A stretch of DNA of 63,687 bases, the filler included. It is 7 parts of 7 records of this genome, joined end to end, with 100 filler letters (N's around TTAATTAATTAA, not from the genome) between each part and the next. Parts side by side here need not be neighbours in the genome. Positions count along the whole stretch, not along the records: positions 1 to 9,825 come from SRR22947725_1405; 6 more parts are not named here. One strand, 5' to 3'. This document shows, piece after piece, positions 1-9,825 of the stretch (positions within the stretch are counted from its first letter, which is position 1; the number at the start of each line of letters is the position of its first letter). The notes below the pieces were generated by a model. That model made no database searches. It was not told the origin of the DNA and worked only from the letters and a program-made list of their open reading frames with translations. A program made the translations under genes and the position numbers.

Positions 1-1
1 A

Positions 2-112
2 ACTAGATGTCCAAATCCTTCCCATGAATGCAAAGAAGGTAAAATAGAAATGGGCCTTATTGAAGTTGCTCCAGATCACTGGGTTGATCAATGCTGTGTA
101 AATTGCAACTAA
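2..112 (+). CDS. 3' end of a peptide/nickel ABC transporter ATP-binding subunit (Cys-rich C-terminal extension), partial
   Basis: Manual translation TRCPNPSHECKEGKIEMGLIEVAPDHWVDQCCVNCN* fits the 'RCP...C...L.EV..DH.V.C' tail of DppF/OppF; 4-bp convergent overlap with the next gene. Confidence 0.6.
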   Translation, partial: TRCPNPSHECKEGKIEMGLIEVAPDHWVDQCCVNCN

Positions 113-1206
113 ACTAAACTTAAAATATTTTTTGATATTTGGGCTATTTCTTTTTTAGACATGTATTGATGGCAGGGTAAATTAATTATTTCAGAGCTAA
201 TCATTTCTGTGGTTTTTAAATTAAAATTCTCTCCTAATTTTTTATAGCACACATCTTTGTAATTAATTGGCAAATATCCCAATGCGACTTTAAAATTTTT
301 ATCATATAATTCTGAATAAATTTTATTTCTATTCTTCACTCTTATCGTAAAATTTCTCCATGCGGATTTGGAGTTATCTAAAACTTTTTGAAATTTTATT
401 TTTTTAGAGTCTAATAAGTTCATATACATCAAAGCATTATGATTTCTCTTTTCAATATACATATCTAAATGTTTTAAACGAATATTTAATATTGCTGCAT
501 TAATAGAGGACATTTTAGAATTATATCCAATTAAATCAGATTTCACTGGCCATTTTGAAGGTCTACTTCGTCTGCCATAATCTCTAAGTTTTTTAAGAGT
601 ACCAAATAATTTTTTATTATTTGTAGTTATTATCCCTCCTGGACCAATCCCATCTAGCACTTTTCCTGGATTAGTACTAAAAACACTTAGATCGGATAAA
701 CTGCCAATTTTTTTTTTATTATACTCTGCCCCAGTAGCAAGACATGCATCTTCAATAACTAAAAGATTATTTTTCTTTGCAATAAATTGAATCTTTAACA
801 TTTCAGCAGGATTTCCAAATAAATGTACCGGCAGAATGACTTTAGTTTTTTTATTAATTCTCTTATCAAGTAATTTGGTGTCTATATTAAAAGTATCTTC
901 ACAAACATCTATCCATTTTATTCTAGCACCTGTTAAAGATATTGCATGACTGGTTGGTATGTCCGAGTTAGCGACAGTTATAACTTCGTCGTTAACTTTT
1001 AAATTCAGAGCTCGAAGTGCTAATAAAAGCCCCATAGAACCAGAAGAAACAGTTACAGAATATTTAACTCCACAATACTTGCTAAAATTTTCTTCAAATC
1101 TCTCAACCTCTTCTCCCATTTCCAAAATTCCTTTGTTTAGAATTTTATCGACAGATTTAAGAATTTCTTTTTTGATTGATTGGTAGTGTTTTTTTAGATC
1201 ATACAT
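109..1206 (-). CDS. DegT/DnrJ/EryC1/StrS family PLP aminotransferase
   Basis: V.RFE..F..YCG, PVHLFG, IEDAC, FSTNPGK (PLP Lys), GGIITT, GYNSKM motifs. Confidence 0.9.
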   Translation of the reverse strand: MYDLKKHYQSIKKEILKSVDKILNKGILEMGEEVERFEENFSKYCGVKYSVTVSSGSMGLLLALRALNLKVNDEVITVANSDIPTSHAISLTGARIKWIDVCEDTFNIDTKLLDKRINKKTKVILPVHLFGNPAEMLKIQFIAKKNNLLVIEDACLATGAEYNKKKIGSLSDLSVFSTNPGKVLDGIGPGGIITTNNKKLFGTLKKLRDYGRRSRPSKWPVKSDLIGYNSKMSSINAAILNIRLKHLDMYIEKRNHNALMYMNLLDSKKIKFQKVLDNSKSAWRNFTIRVKNRNKIYSELYDKNFKVALGYLPINYKDVCYKKLGENFNLKTTEMISSEIINLPCHQYMSKKEIAQISKNILSLV

Positions 1207-1210
1207 AAAA

Positions 1211-2455
1211 TCATAATTTTTTAATGATCACTCCATAAAGAACATCAAATACGGTCATAAAATTTTTAATACTCATAAATTCTTTAGGGTTATGACTACC
1301 ATGTTTATTACGAATAAATAACATTAAAGAAGGGATACCAAAATTTGCAAAAACACTAGAATCATGACCAGCACCACTTGGCAAAATCATAGGTTTCATC
1401 TTAATTGATTTTGAATAATTCTCAAAAACTCCAACTAATTTTTTACTCATTATTGCAGGTTCTGAACTTGTTTCTTTTCCTAAAGAAAATTTTGTTTTTG
1501 TTTTTAACTCAATTCTCTTTACTTTACGTAATAAATAATTTTTTGTACTTTTAAGAACTGCTTTCGAATTACTTCTTACATCAATACAAAAACTTACGTG
1601 TCCAGCACTTTTAGCAAAAGAATGTTCTTCTAAATCTGTAAAGAATTGACCAAAAGTTATAGTTAAATCTTTTCCTTTTTTTAATTGATGTTCCCAATAA
1701 GCATTCATTTCATTAACTAATGATGACACTGCAACCACTGAGTCTTTTCTATAGTCAATTGGAGTAGCTCCAGAATGTAAGTACTCTCCTTTACAAACAG
1801 CATCTCTAAATCTAAAACTGCCTCTTATGCTAGTAACTATGCCTAAAGGTAGTTTATTTCTTTCTAGCACTGGTCCTTGCTCTATATGAGGTTCAATAAA
1901 ATATTTGAAATTTTTTAAATCAAACTTAACCTTACCTTGACTTACTTTATTGGCATCAAATCCAGACTTGTTGATATGATAAAATAAAGATTTTTTAGAA
2001 TCAGATCTAATAAGAGAATGAAGAAGTTTTTTATCAAACTTACCGACAGCTATTTTACTTCCAATATAACTATAAGGGAACCAGCAGCTTTCTTCACCTC
2101 TAATACCCATTACACCAATCGAAAAATTAGGTATAATATTATTTTCATAGAGAGTTTTAATTAAAATAATACCCATTAGTACTCCAGCTAAACCATCAAA
2201 ATTACCTCCATGTTTTTGACTATCTAGGTGAGATCCAATCACAACTATTTTTTTTGATTTGCCTTTATATAAAGCTAAAAAATTCCCTCCATAATCAATC
2301 TCTATTGAATTAGAAAATTGTTTTAATTCTTTAATTAGAAATTTATGAGTTAAGTTTTCACCTTTACCATAAGTTTCTCTTGTCACACCAGGATTTGCAG
2401 ATGTTAGTGATTTAATTTTATCAAAAAGATATTTTGAGTATTGAGTATTATTCAT
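1211..2455 (-). CDS. M20 family Zn amidohydrolase (allantoate amidohydrolase / N-carbamoyl-amino-acid hydrolase type)
   Basis: GSHLDS..GG.FDG..GV, EES, EPHIEQGP.LE, HSGATP, SGAGHD, SHNP.E; start moved to the ATG at 2455, which overlaps the end of the upstream gene. Confidence 0.88.
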   Translation of the reverse strand: MNNTQYSKYLFDKIKSLTSANPGVTRETYGKGENLTHKFLIKELKQFSNSIEIDYGGNFLALYKGKSKKIVVIGSHLDSQKHGGNFDGLAGVLMGIILIKTLYENNIIPNFSIGVMGIRGEESCWFPYSYIGSKIAVGKFDKKLLHSLIRSDSKKSLFYHINKSGFDANKVSQGKVKFDLKNFKYFIEPHIEQGPVLERNKLPLGIVTSIRGSFRFRDAVCKGEYLHSGATPIDYRKDSVVAVSSLVNEMNAYWEHQLKKGKDLTITFGQFFTDLEEHSFAKSAGHVSFCIDVRSNSKAVLKSTKNYLLRKVKRIELKTKTKFSLGKETSSEPAIMSKKLVGVFENYSKSIKMKPMILPSGAGHDSSVFANFGIPSLMLFIRNKHGSHNPKEFMSIKNFMTVFDVLYGVIIKKL

Positions 2456-3353
2456 CAAAATTTGCATACCAATGATTAGCAATATCCTCTCTTTTGCATA
2501 CCCAAATCTTGTTAAGGCTTTTTATATGCTTGATAATTTTTTCTATAGCAATAATTCTACCAGGCCTTCCGATTAACCTAGGATGAAGGCCTATATTCAA
2601 CATTTTAGGTTGATGTGAACCTTCTTTGTATAAATAATTGATAGAGTCACATACATATTCATAAAATTGTGTTGCACCACTAAACCCCGATGGTAGCTTA
2701 AAATGAACATCGTTCGTATCTAAAGAATAAGGAATTACTAAATGTTTTTTTCCTCCAGTCTCAACCCAATGAGGCAGATCATCATTATATGAGTCACTAT
2801 CATATAAAAAATTCCCATTTTGAATAAGCAATTTTCTAGTATTTTCGCTTGGTGCATACCTACAGTACCAACCTTTAGCTTTTTTATTAGTTAGTTTTAA
2901 AATTAAATCGTAAGCTTTTTTTATTTGTTTTTTTTCAGTAATTTTATTTAATTTATAATGCTCTTCCCATTTATACCCATGACAACATATGTCGTTAGAA
3001 GAATATTTAATGTGTTCACATATTTCCTTATTTTGAAGAAGTGTCAAAGCACATACAAAAAAAGTATGTGGTAGTTTATAATTATCGAGTAATTTAGCTA
3101 TCCTCCAAAAACCTACTCTTGATCCATATTCATAAATTGACTCAATTGCTAAATCTCTTTGATTTTGATTGTGCCTTCCACCAGGAACTTCAGATAGCCC
3201 TGACTCAGATTTTAGATCTCCAAGCAGTGGAGAATATTCCGACCCTTCTTCAACATTTATTATGAAATTTATTGCAAGTTTTGATTTTTTTGGCCAATTT
3301 GGATTAGGTGGTTCTTTGCCATAGCCGGTAAAGTCTCTTTCTAAAATTTTCAT
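2448..3353 (-). CDS. puuE: PuuE-type metal-independent allantoinase (polysaccharide deacetylase fold)
   Basis: RDF.GYG..PP.P.WP, N.EEG.E, ES.YEYGSRVGFWR, HGYKW (Glu-His-Trp triad), YDSDSY.DDLP, PY.LD.ND, GLH.RL.GRPGR. Confidence 0.8.
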   Translation of the reverse strand: MKILERDFTGYGKEPPNPNWPKKSKLAINFIINVEEGSEYSPLLGDLKSESGLSEVPGGRHNQNQRDLAIESIYEYGSRVGFWRIAKLLDNYKLPHTFFVCALTLLQNKEICEHIKYSSNDICCHGYKWEEHYKLNKITEKKQIKKAYDLILKLTNKKAKGWYCRYAPSENTRKLLIQNGNFLYDSDSYNDDLPHWVETGGKKHLVIPYSLDTNDVHFKLPSGFSGATQFYEYVCDSINYLYKEGSHQPKMLNIGLHPRLIGRPGRIIAIEKIIKHIKSLNKIWVCKREDIANHWYANFDE

Positions 3354-3362
3354 TTTTTTTAA

Positions 3363-4346
3363 TTACCATTCGCCTTCAATTATAGCAAAGAAACAACACC
3401 ATTCACCAACTGTTACGTTAGGAAGTGCTCTCAATCCAAATATCATTCCATTTTCTGGAGCTAAAAGTTTACAAAGTTTATTTCCATAGTAATCAATAAT
3501 TGTTGCAATATAATCGTTTTTATTCATCATTGTTAAAAATTTAATTTCAGGGTTTGGAAGGAAAATTCCACTTTTAGGTGCCAGTAAAGCTTGTTGAAAT
3601 CCTTTATACCTTACTGAAGGATAATGAGTCGTACCATTTATCATTTTATAATGAGTCAGAATATTAATACAAGCTTTAAGCAATGTTTTACCAACATTTA
3701 AGAATGCTCCTGGAGCAGTAGAAGATCGTCCACCTAATTCTACAGTTAAAGCAGGTTTACCAAGCTCAGACATTACAGCCATAGGGCTTTTCGAAGTTAC
3801 ATTAGAGTACAAACATACTCTCCAATCCTCCCCCATTGCTCTTGCTAATTCTTGAGTTTTACTATCAGTAGCAGCAAACATTGCTTCTGCTAAATAAGAA
3901 TGGCTACCTCCTGAATGAATAGATATTTCCATATCTGCAAATTTCACCATCCATTCCATATGAATACTAGCAATTCGTTCACTTAAATATCCATTTTCTC
4001 TTCCAGGATAGATTCTATTCATATCATAAGAAAACATGTCAAGAGGATTTCCTCTTTCTGCCGCTTCCATTGCAGGCACATTAATAACTGGAACAAGGAC
4101 AATAGATCCTGATAATTCTTTTGGATCTATAGTTTTTCTTAAAAGTGAGCAGGTTAAAATACCTTCTGGCTCATCACCATGAATCCCTCCATTGATCCAA
4201 AAACATGGACCATCATTTTGACCATTGATAATCGTTACAGGTATAGTAATCTCTCCACCACCTGCTAATTTTTCAACAATAATTTTTCCATCTTTAATTG
4301 TCCCTGGAAGTGCCTTTGCTGTACCTATCTCAATAGAAGTTGTCAT
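3363..4346 (-). CDS. Succinylglutamate desuccinylase/aspartoacylase (M14, AstE/AspA/DoeB-like) deacylase
   Basis: GIHGDE.EG Zn motif, DMNRIYPG, IHSGG, TVELGG, C-terminal AP..G barrel-sandwich. Confidence 0.88.
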   Translation of the reverse strand: MTTSIEIGTAKALPGTIKDGKIIVEKLAGGGEITIPVTIINGQNDGPCFWINGGIHGDEPEGILTCSLLRKTIDPKELSGSIVLVPVINVPAMEAAERGNPLDMFSYDMNRIYPGRENGYLSERIASIHMEWMVKFADMEISIHSGGSHSYLAEAMFAATDSKTQELARAMGEDWRVCLYSNVTSKSPMAVMSELGKPALTVELGGRSSTAPGAFLNVGKTLLKACINILTHYKMINGTTHYPSVRYKGFQQALLAPKSGIFLPNPEIKFLTMMNKNDYIATIIDYYGNKLCKLLAPENGMIFGLRALPNVTVGEWCCFFAIIEGEW

Positions 4347-4347
4347 A

Positions 4348-4848
4348 TTATACCCCTGAAATTTTGTGTTTTTCTAATTCCTCTGCTGTATATACCTGCA
4401 TAAATTCAATTTCAGTTCCAGATACTTCATCGTCTAAGAAAGCAACAAATCCCTCAGGATGTGGGTGACTTCCATACACTTTGCAAGCTTCACATATCCT
4501 TAGCTTAGCATTATGTTTTTTTGCATGATCTAAAACTTTATTTATATCGTCCACTTCATAACAAATATGATGCAGACCCTCACCATATTTTTCAATCCAT
4601 TCTGTAAATCTCCCAACTTTATTCAACGATTCACAAAGTTGAAATTCAATATCATTTATAAAAAAAATTGCGACTTTAGTTTCTGCCTTTTCCCAAATGA
4701 CTTTTTCAGTTTTAGAAGATACAGATAAAAAAGATTGAAAATTTAATAGAGCTTTATCTACACTTTTGACTGCAAAAGCCATATGCTTGATTCGCATTGA
4801 TTTATCTTGATTTAGGCGTGCTCTTTGACGATAATCCATATATTTCAT
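4348..4848 (-). CDS. VOC/glyoxalase family protein, methylmalonyl-CoA-epimerase-like
   Basis: IKHMAFAV, GEGLHHICYEVDDI, IEFMQ metal-ligand pattern; the start could be the later Met (MRIKH). Confidence 0.8.
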   Translation of the reverse strand: MKYMDYRQRARLNQDKSMRIKHMAFAVKSVDKALLNFQSFLSVSSKTEKVIWEKAETKVAIFFINDIEFQLCESLNKVGRFTEWIEKYGEGLHHICYEVDDINKVLDHAKKHNAKLRICEACKVYGSHPHPEGFVAFLDDEVSGTEIEFMQVYTAEELEKHKISGV

Positions 4849-4896
4849 AATTTACCAGAGAAAATATAATGCCAAAAGATTAATAATATCAATTAT

Positions 4897-4917
4897 GTGA
4901 TGACATATTATCATCAC
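4897..4917. promoter_or_regulatory. Putative LysR operator GTGATGA-N7-TCATCAC
   Basis: Perfect 7-bp inverted repeat containing T-N11-A (T4901..A4913) in the 86-bp divergent intergenic region just upstream of the LysR start. Confidence 0.7.
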
Positions 4918-4934
4918 TTATCTATAGTCAAATT

Positions 4935-5846
4935 ATGCTTTCAATTGAATATAGATATTTTTACCAATCAGCTTTAGATAGCTCTATAAGAAAAGCTTCT
5001 CAAAATTTAAATATTAATTCCTCAGCTATAGTAAGACAAATTCAAAAACTCGAGGATAGATTACAAACAAAACTTTTTATAAGAAATGCAAGAGGTTTAG
5101 AGTTAACTGAAGAAGGAAAATTATTATTTGATCATCTGAGTATACAAAATGAAACAAATCAAAATTTTCTAACAAATTTAAAAGAAAATAAAACTAGCAC
5201 TACAGGAGAGATTAATATCTCAACAGGTGAAACATTTGCTGTTCAATTTTTATCACCAATAATTTCTAAATTTAGAAAAGTGTATCCAGATGTAAAAATT
5301 AAAATATCATCTAGACAGCCAGAAACTATCATTGATAACCTAATAACAAATAAAACAGATTTTGGAATTTCTTTTGCTAAAAATTTACCGAGTACACTAA
5401 AAACTATTTATGTATGCAATTTTCCTATGGGCATGCTTTGCTCGCCTGCACATATATTAGCTAATAAAACTGAAATTTCATTGGAGGATTGTTTGAGATT
5501 TCCACTAATATTTCATCCAGGGACTGTAACATTTTGGAATTCAATACAAAGAGAAGTTGGGGAAAAATTATTTTCAATAAATCCCAATTTGATATCCAAT
5601 TCATTTGCATTTATTAAAAATTATCTAATTGAAGACATTAATTATTTAACTTTTTTTACAAGCGTAGGTTCTGTCAGAGAGATTCAGAGTAAGAGTTTAA
5701 TCTTTAAAAAAATTAATCACAAATTATTTCTAAATAATAAAGTTGGGATTATAGTTTCAAAGAAAAATAGATTAAAAAAGTATACTGAAGAATTTATTGA
5801 TTTAATTAAAAAAGAGTTTCAAAATTCAGAAGCTGCTGATTGTTAA
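4935..5846 (+). CDS. LysR family transcriptional regulator
   Basis: N-terminal HTH SIRKASQNLNINSSAIVRQIQKLE..L...LF.R..RG..LTEEG; 303 aa; divergent from the operon. Confidence 0.95.
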   Translation: MLSIEYRYFYQSALDSSIRKASQNLNINSSAIVRQIQKLEDRLQTKLFIRNARGLELTEEGKLLFDHLSIQNETNQNFLTNLKENKTSTTGEINISTGETFAVQFLSPIISKFRKVYPDVKIKISSRQPETIIDNLITNKTDFGISFAKNLPSTLKTIYVCNFPMGMLCSPAHILANKTEISLEDCLRFPLIFHPGTVTFWNSIQREVGEKLFSINPNLISNSFAFIKNYLIEDINYLTFFTSVGSVREIQSKSLIFKKINHKLFLNNKVGIIVSKKNRLKKYTEEFIDLIKKEFQNSEAADC

Positions 5847-5852
5847 AAAAAA

Positions 5853-7553
5853 TTAAATTAATGATTCAATTTTAGGCATTAAATTAATTAATTGCTTGGT
5901 ATATTGATGATCAGGCTCGTTAAACAATTTTTCAGTTTCATTTGTTTCACAAATAGCACCGTTTTTAAGAACGATAATTCTATTACACATCTGTCTGATA
6001 ACAGGTAAGTCATGACTAATAAATAACATTGTAAGATGAAGTTCATCTTGAATATCTTTTAATAGATTTAATATTTGCGCCTGAATACTTACATCTAAAG
6101 CTGATGTAGGTTCATCACAGATTAATAATCTTGGCCGTGTAGCAAGAGCTCTTGCAATAGAAATTCTTTGTCTCTGTCCTCCAGAAAATTCATGGGGATA
6201 TCGGTCTAGAGATTTTCTTGTCATTCCAACAATATCAATTAAATCATGAACATTTTGCTCCAAGTCATTTCTAGTGATACTTTTTTGAAAAAATTTAATA
6301 GGTTCAGCAATAATATCTTTTACTTTGAATCTTGGATTTAATGATGAGTATGGATCTTGAAAAATCATTTGTATTTGACCTCTACTCTTATCAATTTGAT
6401 ATTTTCTTTTAAAATTATAGAGTGATAAACCATTATATTCTAGCTCTCCAAATGATGGTCTTACAAGACCCGTAATAATTTTAGCAATTGTTGATTTACC
6501 AGAACCTGACTCTCCAACTAAACCAAGTGTTTCTCCTTCGAATAACTGAAAGGAAACATTGTTTACTGCCTTAACTGCCTTATCACCTATTTTTTTTCCA
6601 TAAGTGATAGACTGATCGTCAAAAATTTTTGTTATTTTTTTTAACTCTAATAATTTTTGATTAGTATTTTGTCTTACACCCCAAGTTTTAATAATATTTT
6701 TCGTTAAATTAGCTGAACTTGATGTAATTTCTGACCCATCAGGACCGATAAGTTTGAATCTTTCAATTTTTTTATTTGTTGGTGGAACTGAAATAACTAG
6801 GCTACGTGCCTCTGTAGATTTTGGCTGAGTTAGTAAATCCTTTGTATTGCCTTGCTCTACAATTAATCCATGACGCATAACAATAACTTTATTTGTAGTT
6901 TCTGCAATAACGCCCATGTCATGAGTAATAATAATAACTCCTAAGTTTCTTTTTTTTGTAAGTTCTTTTAATAATTCTAAAATTTGATATTGGATACTAA
7001 CATCTAATGCAGTTGTGGGCTCATCTGCTATTATTAGATCTGGCTCACAACTTATTGCTAAAGCAATAACAACCCGTTGACGCATACCTCCACTAAATTG
7101 GTGAGGATAATCTTCAATTCTTTTAGTAGCATTTTCTATCCCAACTTCTTCTAGAAGATTAATAGATTTTTTAAGAGCTTCATCGTAGGATAAATTTAAA
7201 TGTGTTTGTATTGTTTCTATTAATTGATCTTTTATTTTAAAAAGTGGATTTAATGAGGTTTGTGGATCTTGAAAAACAAAACCTATTTTTTTTCCTCTTA
7301 TTTTTTGGATAATTTCTTCATTATTTTGCAATTCTTGATTGTCTATTTTTATTGTGCCATCAGTAATTTGACCAGGTGGATCTATTAAATTAATAATGGC
7401 ATTAGCTATAGTTGATTTACCTGATCCAGACTCACCAACAATTCCAAGTATTTCACCTCTCTCTAATGTAAAATTAACATTACTACTCGCAACTATAGTT
7501 TCTTTTCTAGTTTTATAACTAATGTTTAAATTTTTAATTTCTAATAAACTCAT
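5853..7553 (-). CDS. Dipeptide/oligopeptide ABC transporter, fused double ATPase
   Basis: Two Walker A motifs (GESGSGKST), YPHQFSGGMRQR and YPHEFSGGQRQR, DEPT; start MSLLEI at 7553 (ATGA overlap with the permease stop). Confidence 0.95.
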   Translation of the reverse strand: MSLLEIKNLNISYKTRKETIVASSNVNFTLERGEILGIVGESGSGKSTIANAIINLIDPPGQITDGTIKIDNQELQNNEEIIQKIRGKKIGFVFQDPQTSLNPLFKIKDQLIETIQTHLNLSYDEALKKSINLLEEVGIENATKRIEDYPHQFSGGMRQRVVIALAISCEPDLIIADEPTTALDVSIQYQILELLKELTKKRNLGVIIITHDMGVIAETTNKVIVMRHGLIVEQGNTKDLLTQPKSTEARSLVISVPPTNKKIERFKLIGPDGSEITSSSANLTKNIIKTWGVRQNTNQKLLELKKITKIFDDQSITYGKKIGDKAVKAVNNVSFQLFEGETLGLVGESGSGKSTIAKIITGLVRPSFGELEYNGLSLYNFKRKYQIDKSRGQIQMIFQDPYSSLNPRFKVKDIIAEPIKFFQKSITRNDLEQNVHDLIDIVGMTRKSLDRYPHEFSGGQRQRISIARALATRPRLLICDEPTSALDVSIQAQILNLLKDIQDELHLTMLFISHDLPVIRQMCNRIIVLKNGAICETNETEKLFNEPDHQYTKQLINLMPKIESLI

Positions 7554-8473
7554 CTCTTTTTTAATTTTGGATTTAAAGCATCTCTCATCCAATCTCCTAA
7601 AAGATTTATAGATAAAGCTAGGACTACAAGAAATATTGCAGGAAAAAATGTTATCCACCACTCACCAGAAAATAAAAAATTATTTCCAAATCTAATAAGT
7701 GTTCCTAAAGAAGGAGTCGTTGGTGGCACCCCAACTCCTAAAAAACTCAATGTAGACTCTGTTATGATAGCTAAAGCTAAACCTATTGTTGCAATTACTA
7801 GAATAGGTCTAAGAATATTTGGTAATATATGCTTAAACATTATAATAATGTTTGATAAACCAATAATCCTTGAAGCTGAAACATACTCTTTGTTTTTTTC
7901 AACAAGAGTTGATGCTCTGGTAACTCTAGCAAACTGAGGCCATTCAGAAATACCAATAGCAAAGATTAGAACATAAATTGCCATCTCGTCATGCATTGAT
8001 CGGGAAATTACTGCTCTAGCTATTCCATCTACTAATAAAGCCATCAAAATAGTTGGTATAGTTAATTGTATGTCAGTAACGCGCATCACTATTATTTCAT
8101 ATCTACCACCTATATAACCAGCCGTTACACCTAGAAAGACCCCTAATATCATTGCAAAAAAAATTGATGCAAAACCAACAATTAAAGAAATTCTTGAACC
8201 ATAAATCATAGTAGAAAACATATCCCGTCCTTGTTGATCAGTACCTAGAAAAAAACTTGCACTTCCTCCTTCGGACCAAACAGGCGGTGTAAAAGCATCC
8301 ATTAAAGAAACGCTCGCCGGATCAAATGGATTGTAGGGTGCTACTATTCCTGCAAAAAAAGAGCAAAGAAAAATGATAAAGAAAATACTCGAAGAAATAA
8401 TTGCTATTTTTGAATTAAAAAAACTAAAGCCAATATCGGTATCATATATTTTATTAAAAGTTTTTTTAATCAT
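7550..8473 (-). CDS. Peptide ABC transporter permease (DppC/OppC)
   Basis: LGTD.QGRD....IYG.RISL, HILPN, LSFLG.G, NLLGD.MRD.L.P. Confidence 0.95.
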   Translation of the reverse strand: MIKKTFNKIYDTDIGFSFFNSKIAIISSSIFFIIFLCSFFAGIVAPYNPFDPASVSLMDAFTPPVWSEGGSASFFLGTDQQGRDMFSTMIYGSRISLIVGFASIFFAMILGVFLGVTAGYIGGRYEIIVMRVTDIQLTIPTILMALLVDGIARAVISRSMHDEMAIYVLIFAIGISEWPQFARVTRASTLVEKNKEYVSASRIIGLSNIIIMFKHILPNILRPILVIATIGLALAIITESTLSFLGVGVPPTTPSLGTLIRFGNNFLFSGEWWITFFPAIFLVVLALSINLLGDWMRDALNPKLKKR

Positions 8474-8475
8474 TA

Positions 8476-9453
8476 TTATTCACTCTCTTCTTTCAACCTA
8501 ATTCTTGGATCAATAAAATAATAAGTAATATCAACTATAAAGTTTATCATTACAAAAATAAAAGCAACCATAATCATATATGCGGACATTATAGGTATAT
8601 CGACAAAATATACGGCGTTAATAAATAAGGAGCCCATACCAGGCCATTGAAAAACAGTTTCAGTAATAATTGAAAATGCAATTAAGGTACCAATATTTAT
8701 ACCTGTAATTGTGATAACTGGTATTAAACCATTTTTGAGTGCGTGTTTATAGTTGATAACATTATTTTTTATTCCTCTTGCTCTAGCAAATTTTATATAA
8801 TCAGTTTGTAATATTTCCATCATTTCCGCTCTTACTAGTCTGATTACATAAGTCATTTGAAAAAGGCTTAGTGTCACAGATGGAAGTATTAGAGCTTTTA
8901 AACCAGATAAAGTCAAAAAACCTGTTGTCCAAAAACCTAAATCAGTTACTTCTCCTCTTCCAAAGGATGGAAGAACACCTAAAATTACAGAAAACAAATA
9001 AATTAACATAATTCCAATGATAAATGTTGGAAGTGAAACTCCAGCTAAAGACACAACAAGAATAACATTTGAAATAAAGCTATCTCTATTAATTCCTGTA
9101 TAAACTCCTAAAATTGTTCCTATTATTATTGCTAACATTGCAGAAACAAAAACTAATTCAAGAGTAGCTGGTAATCTTTCTCCAATTAAATCTGAAACTT
9201 CTCTTTTTAATTGATAAGATATTCCAAAATTCCCTTGAATTATATTTCCAATAAATCTTGAAAATTGAATGTAAACGGGATCATTCAATCCCAATACTTC
9301 TCTCACTTCAGCTCTTCTCTCATCTGAAGCATCTTCTCCAGTCATGCTGTTAACAGGATCTCCAACAAAATTGAATAAAGAAAATGAAACAAAAGCAACA
9401 ACAAACATAACAAGAATAGATTGAAGTAGTCTTTTAAAGAAATAGCTGATCAT
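8476..9453 (-). CDS. Peptide ABC transporter permease (DppB/OppB)
   Basis: GDP, LGL.DP...Q, RLPATLEL, DYI.FARARG, HALKN, E.VF.WPG.G, DPRIR. Confidence 0.95.
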   Translation of the reverse strand: MISYFFKRLLQSILVMFVVAFVSFSLFNFVGDPVNSMTGEDASDERRAEVREVLGLNDPVYIQFSRFIGNIIQGNFGISYQLKREVSDLIGERLPATLELVFVSAMLAIIIGTILGVYTGINRDSFISNVILVVSLAGVSLPTFIIGIMLIYLFSVILGVLPSFGRGEVTDLGFWTTGFLTLSGLKALILPSVTLSLFQMTYVIRLVRAEMMEILQTDYIKFARARGIKNNVINYKHALKNGLIPVITITGINIGTLIAFSIITETVFQWPGMGSLFINAVYFVDIPIMSAYMIMVAFIFVMINFIVDITYYFIDPRIRLKEESE

Positions 9454-9462
9454 TATATGAAA

Positions 9463-9491
9463 TTCTGGTCAGGATATTTCACTGACCAGAA
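9463..9491 (-). promoter_or_regulatory. Intercistronic stem-loop after the substrate-binding protein gene (mRNA stabiliser or attenuator)
   Basis: TTCTGGTCAG-N9-CTGACCAGAA, a perfect 10-bp stem between the SBP and permease genes. Confidence 0.6.
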
Positions 9492-9506
9492 ATTTTAAGT
9501 TAATTT

Positions 9507-9825
9507 TTAGTTTACGTTTGCAAATCTAAATAATGGTTCGTTGTTCATTCTAATAGGAACATCGACATTACTTTTAGATGCTTGGTTAACAACTTGGTGG
9601 TGTAAAGGCAAGTATGTTACGTCGTCTTGAGTGATATCCCAAGCTTCTGCAATCATAGCATTCCTTTTATCCAAGTCTGTTTCAACACCCATTGCTGCAA
9701 CTAACTCGTCAACTCTAGCGTTAGAGAAATTTACCTTATTCCAACTACCAGCGCTGTCAAATAGATATGAATATACATAATGACTGTCAAAAGTTGGAAC
9801 ACCCCAACCTAACATGTACATATCA
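9507..9825 (-). CDS. Peptide ABC transporter substrate-binding protein, C-terminal fragment (contig end)
   Basis: YMLGWG.PT.D, WN...FSN.RVD.L, YLPLHHQ typical of SBP family 5. Confidence 0.85.
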
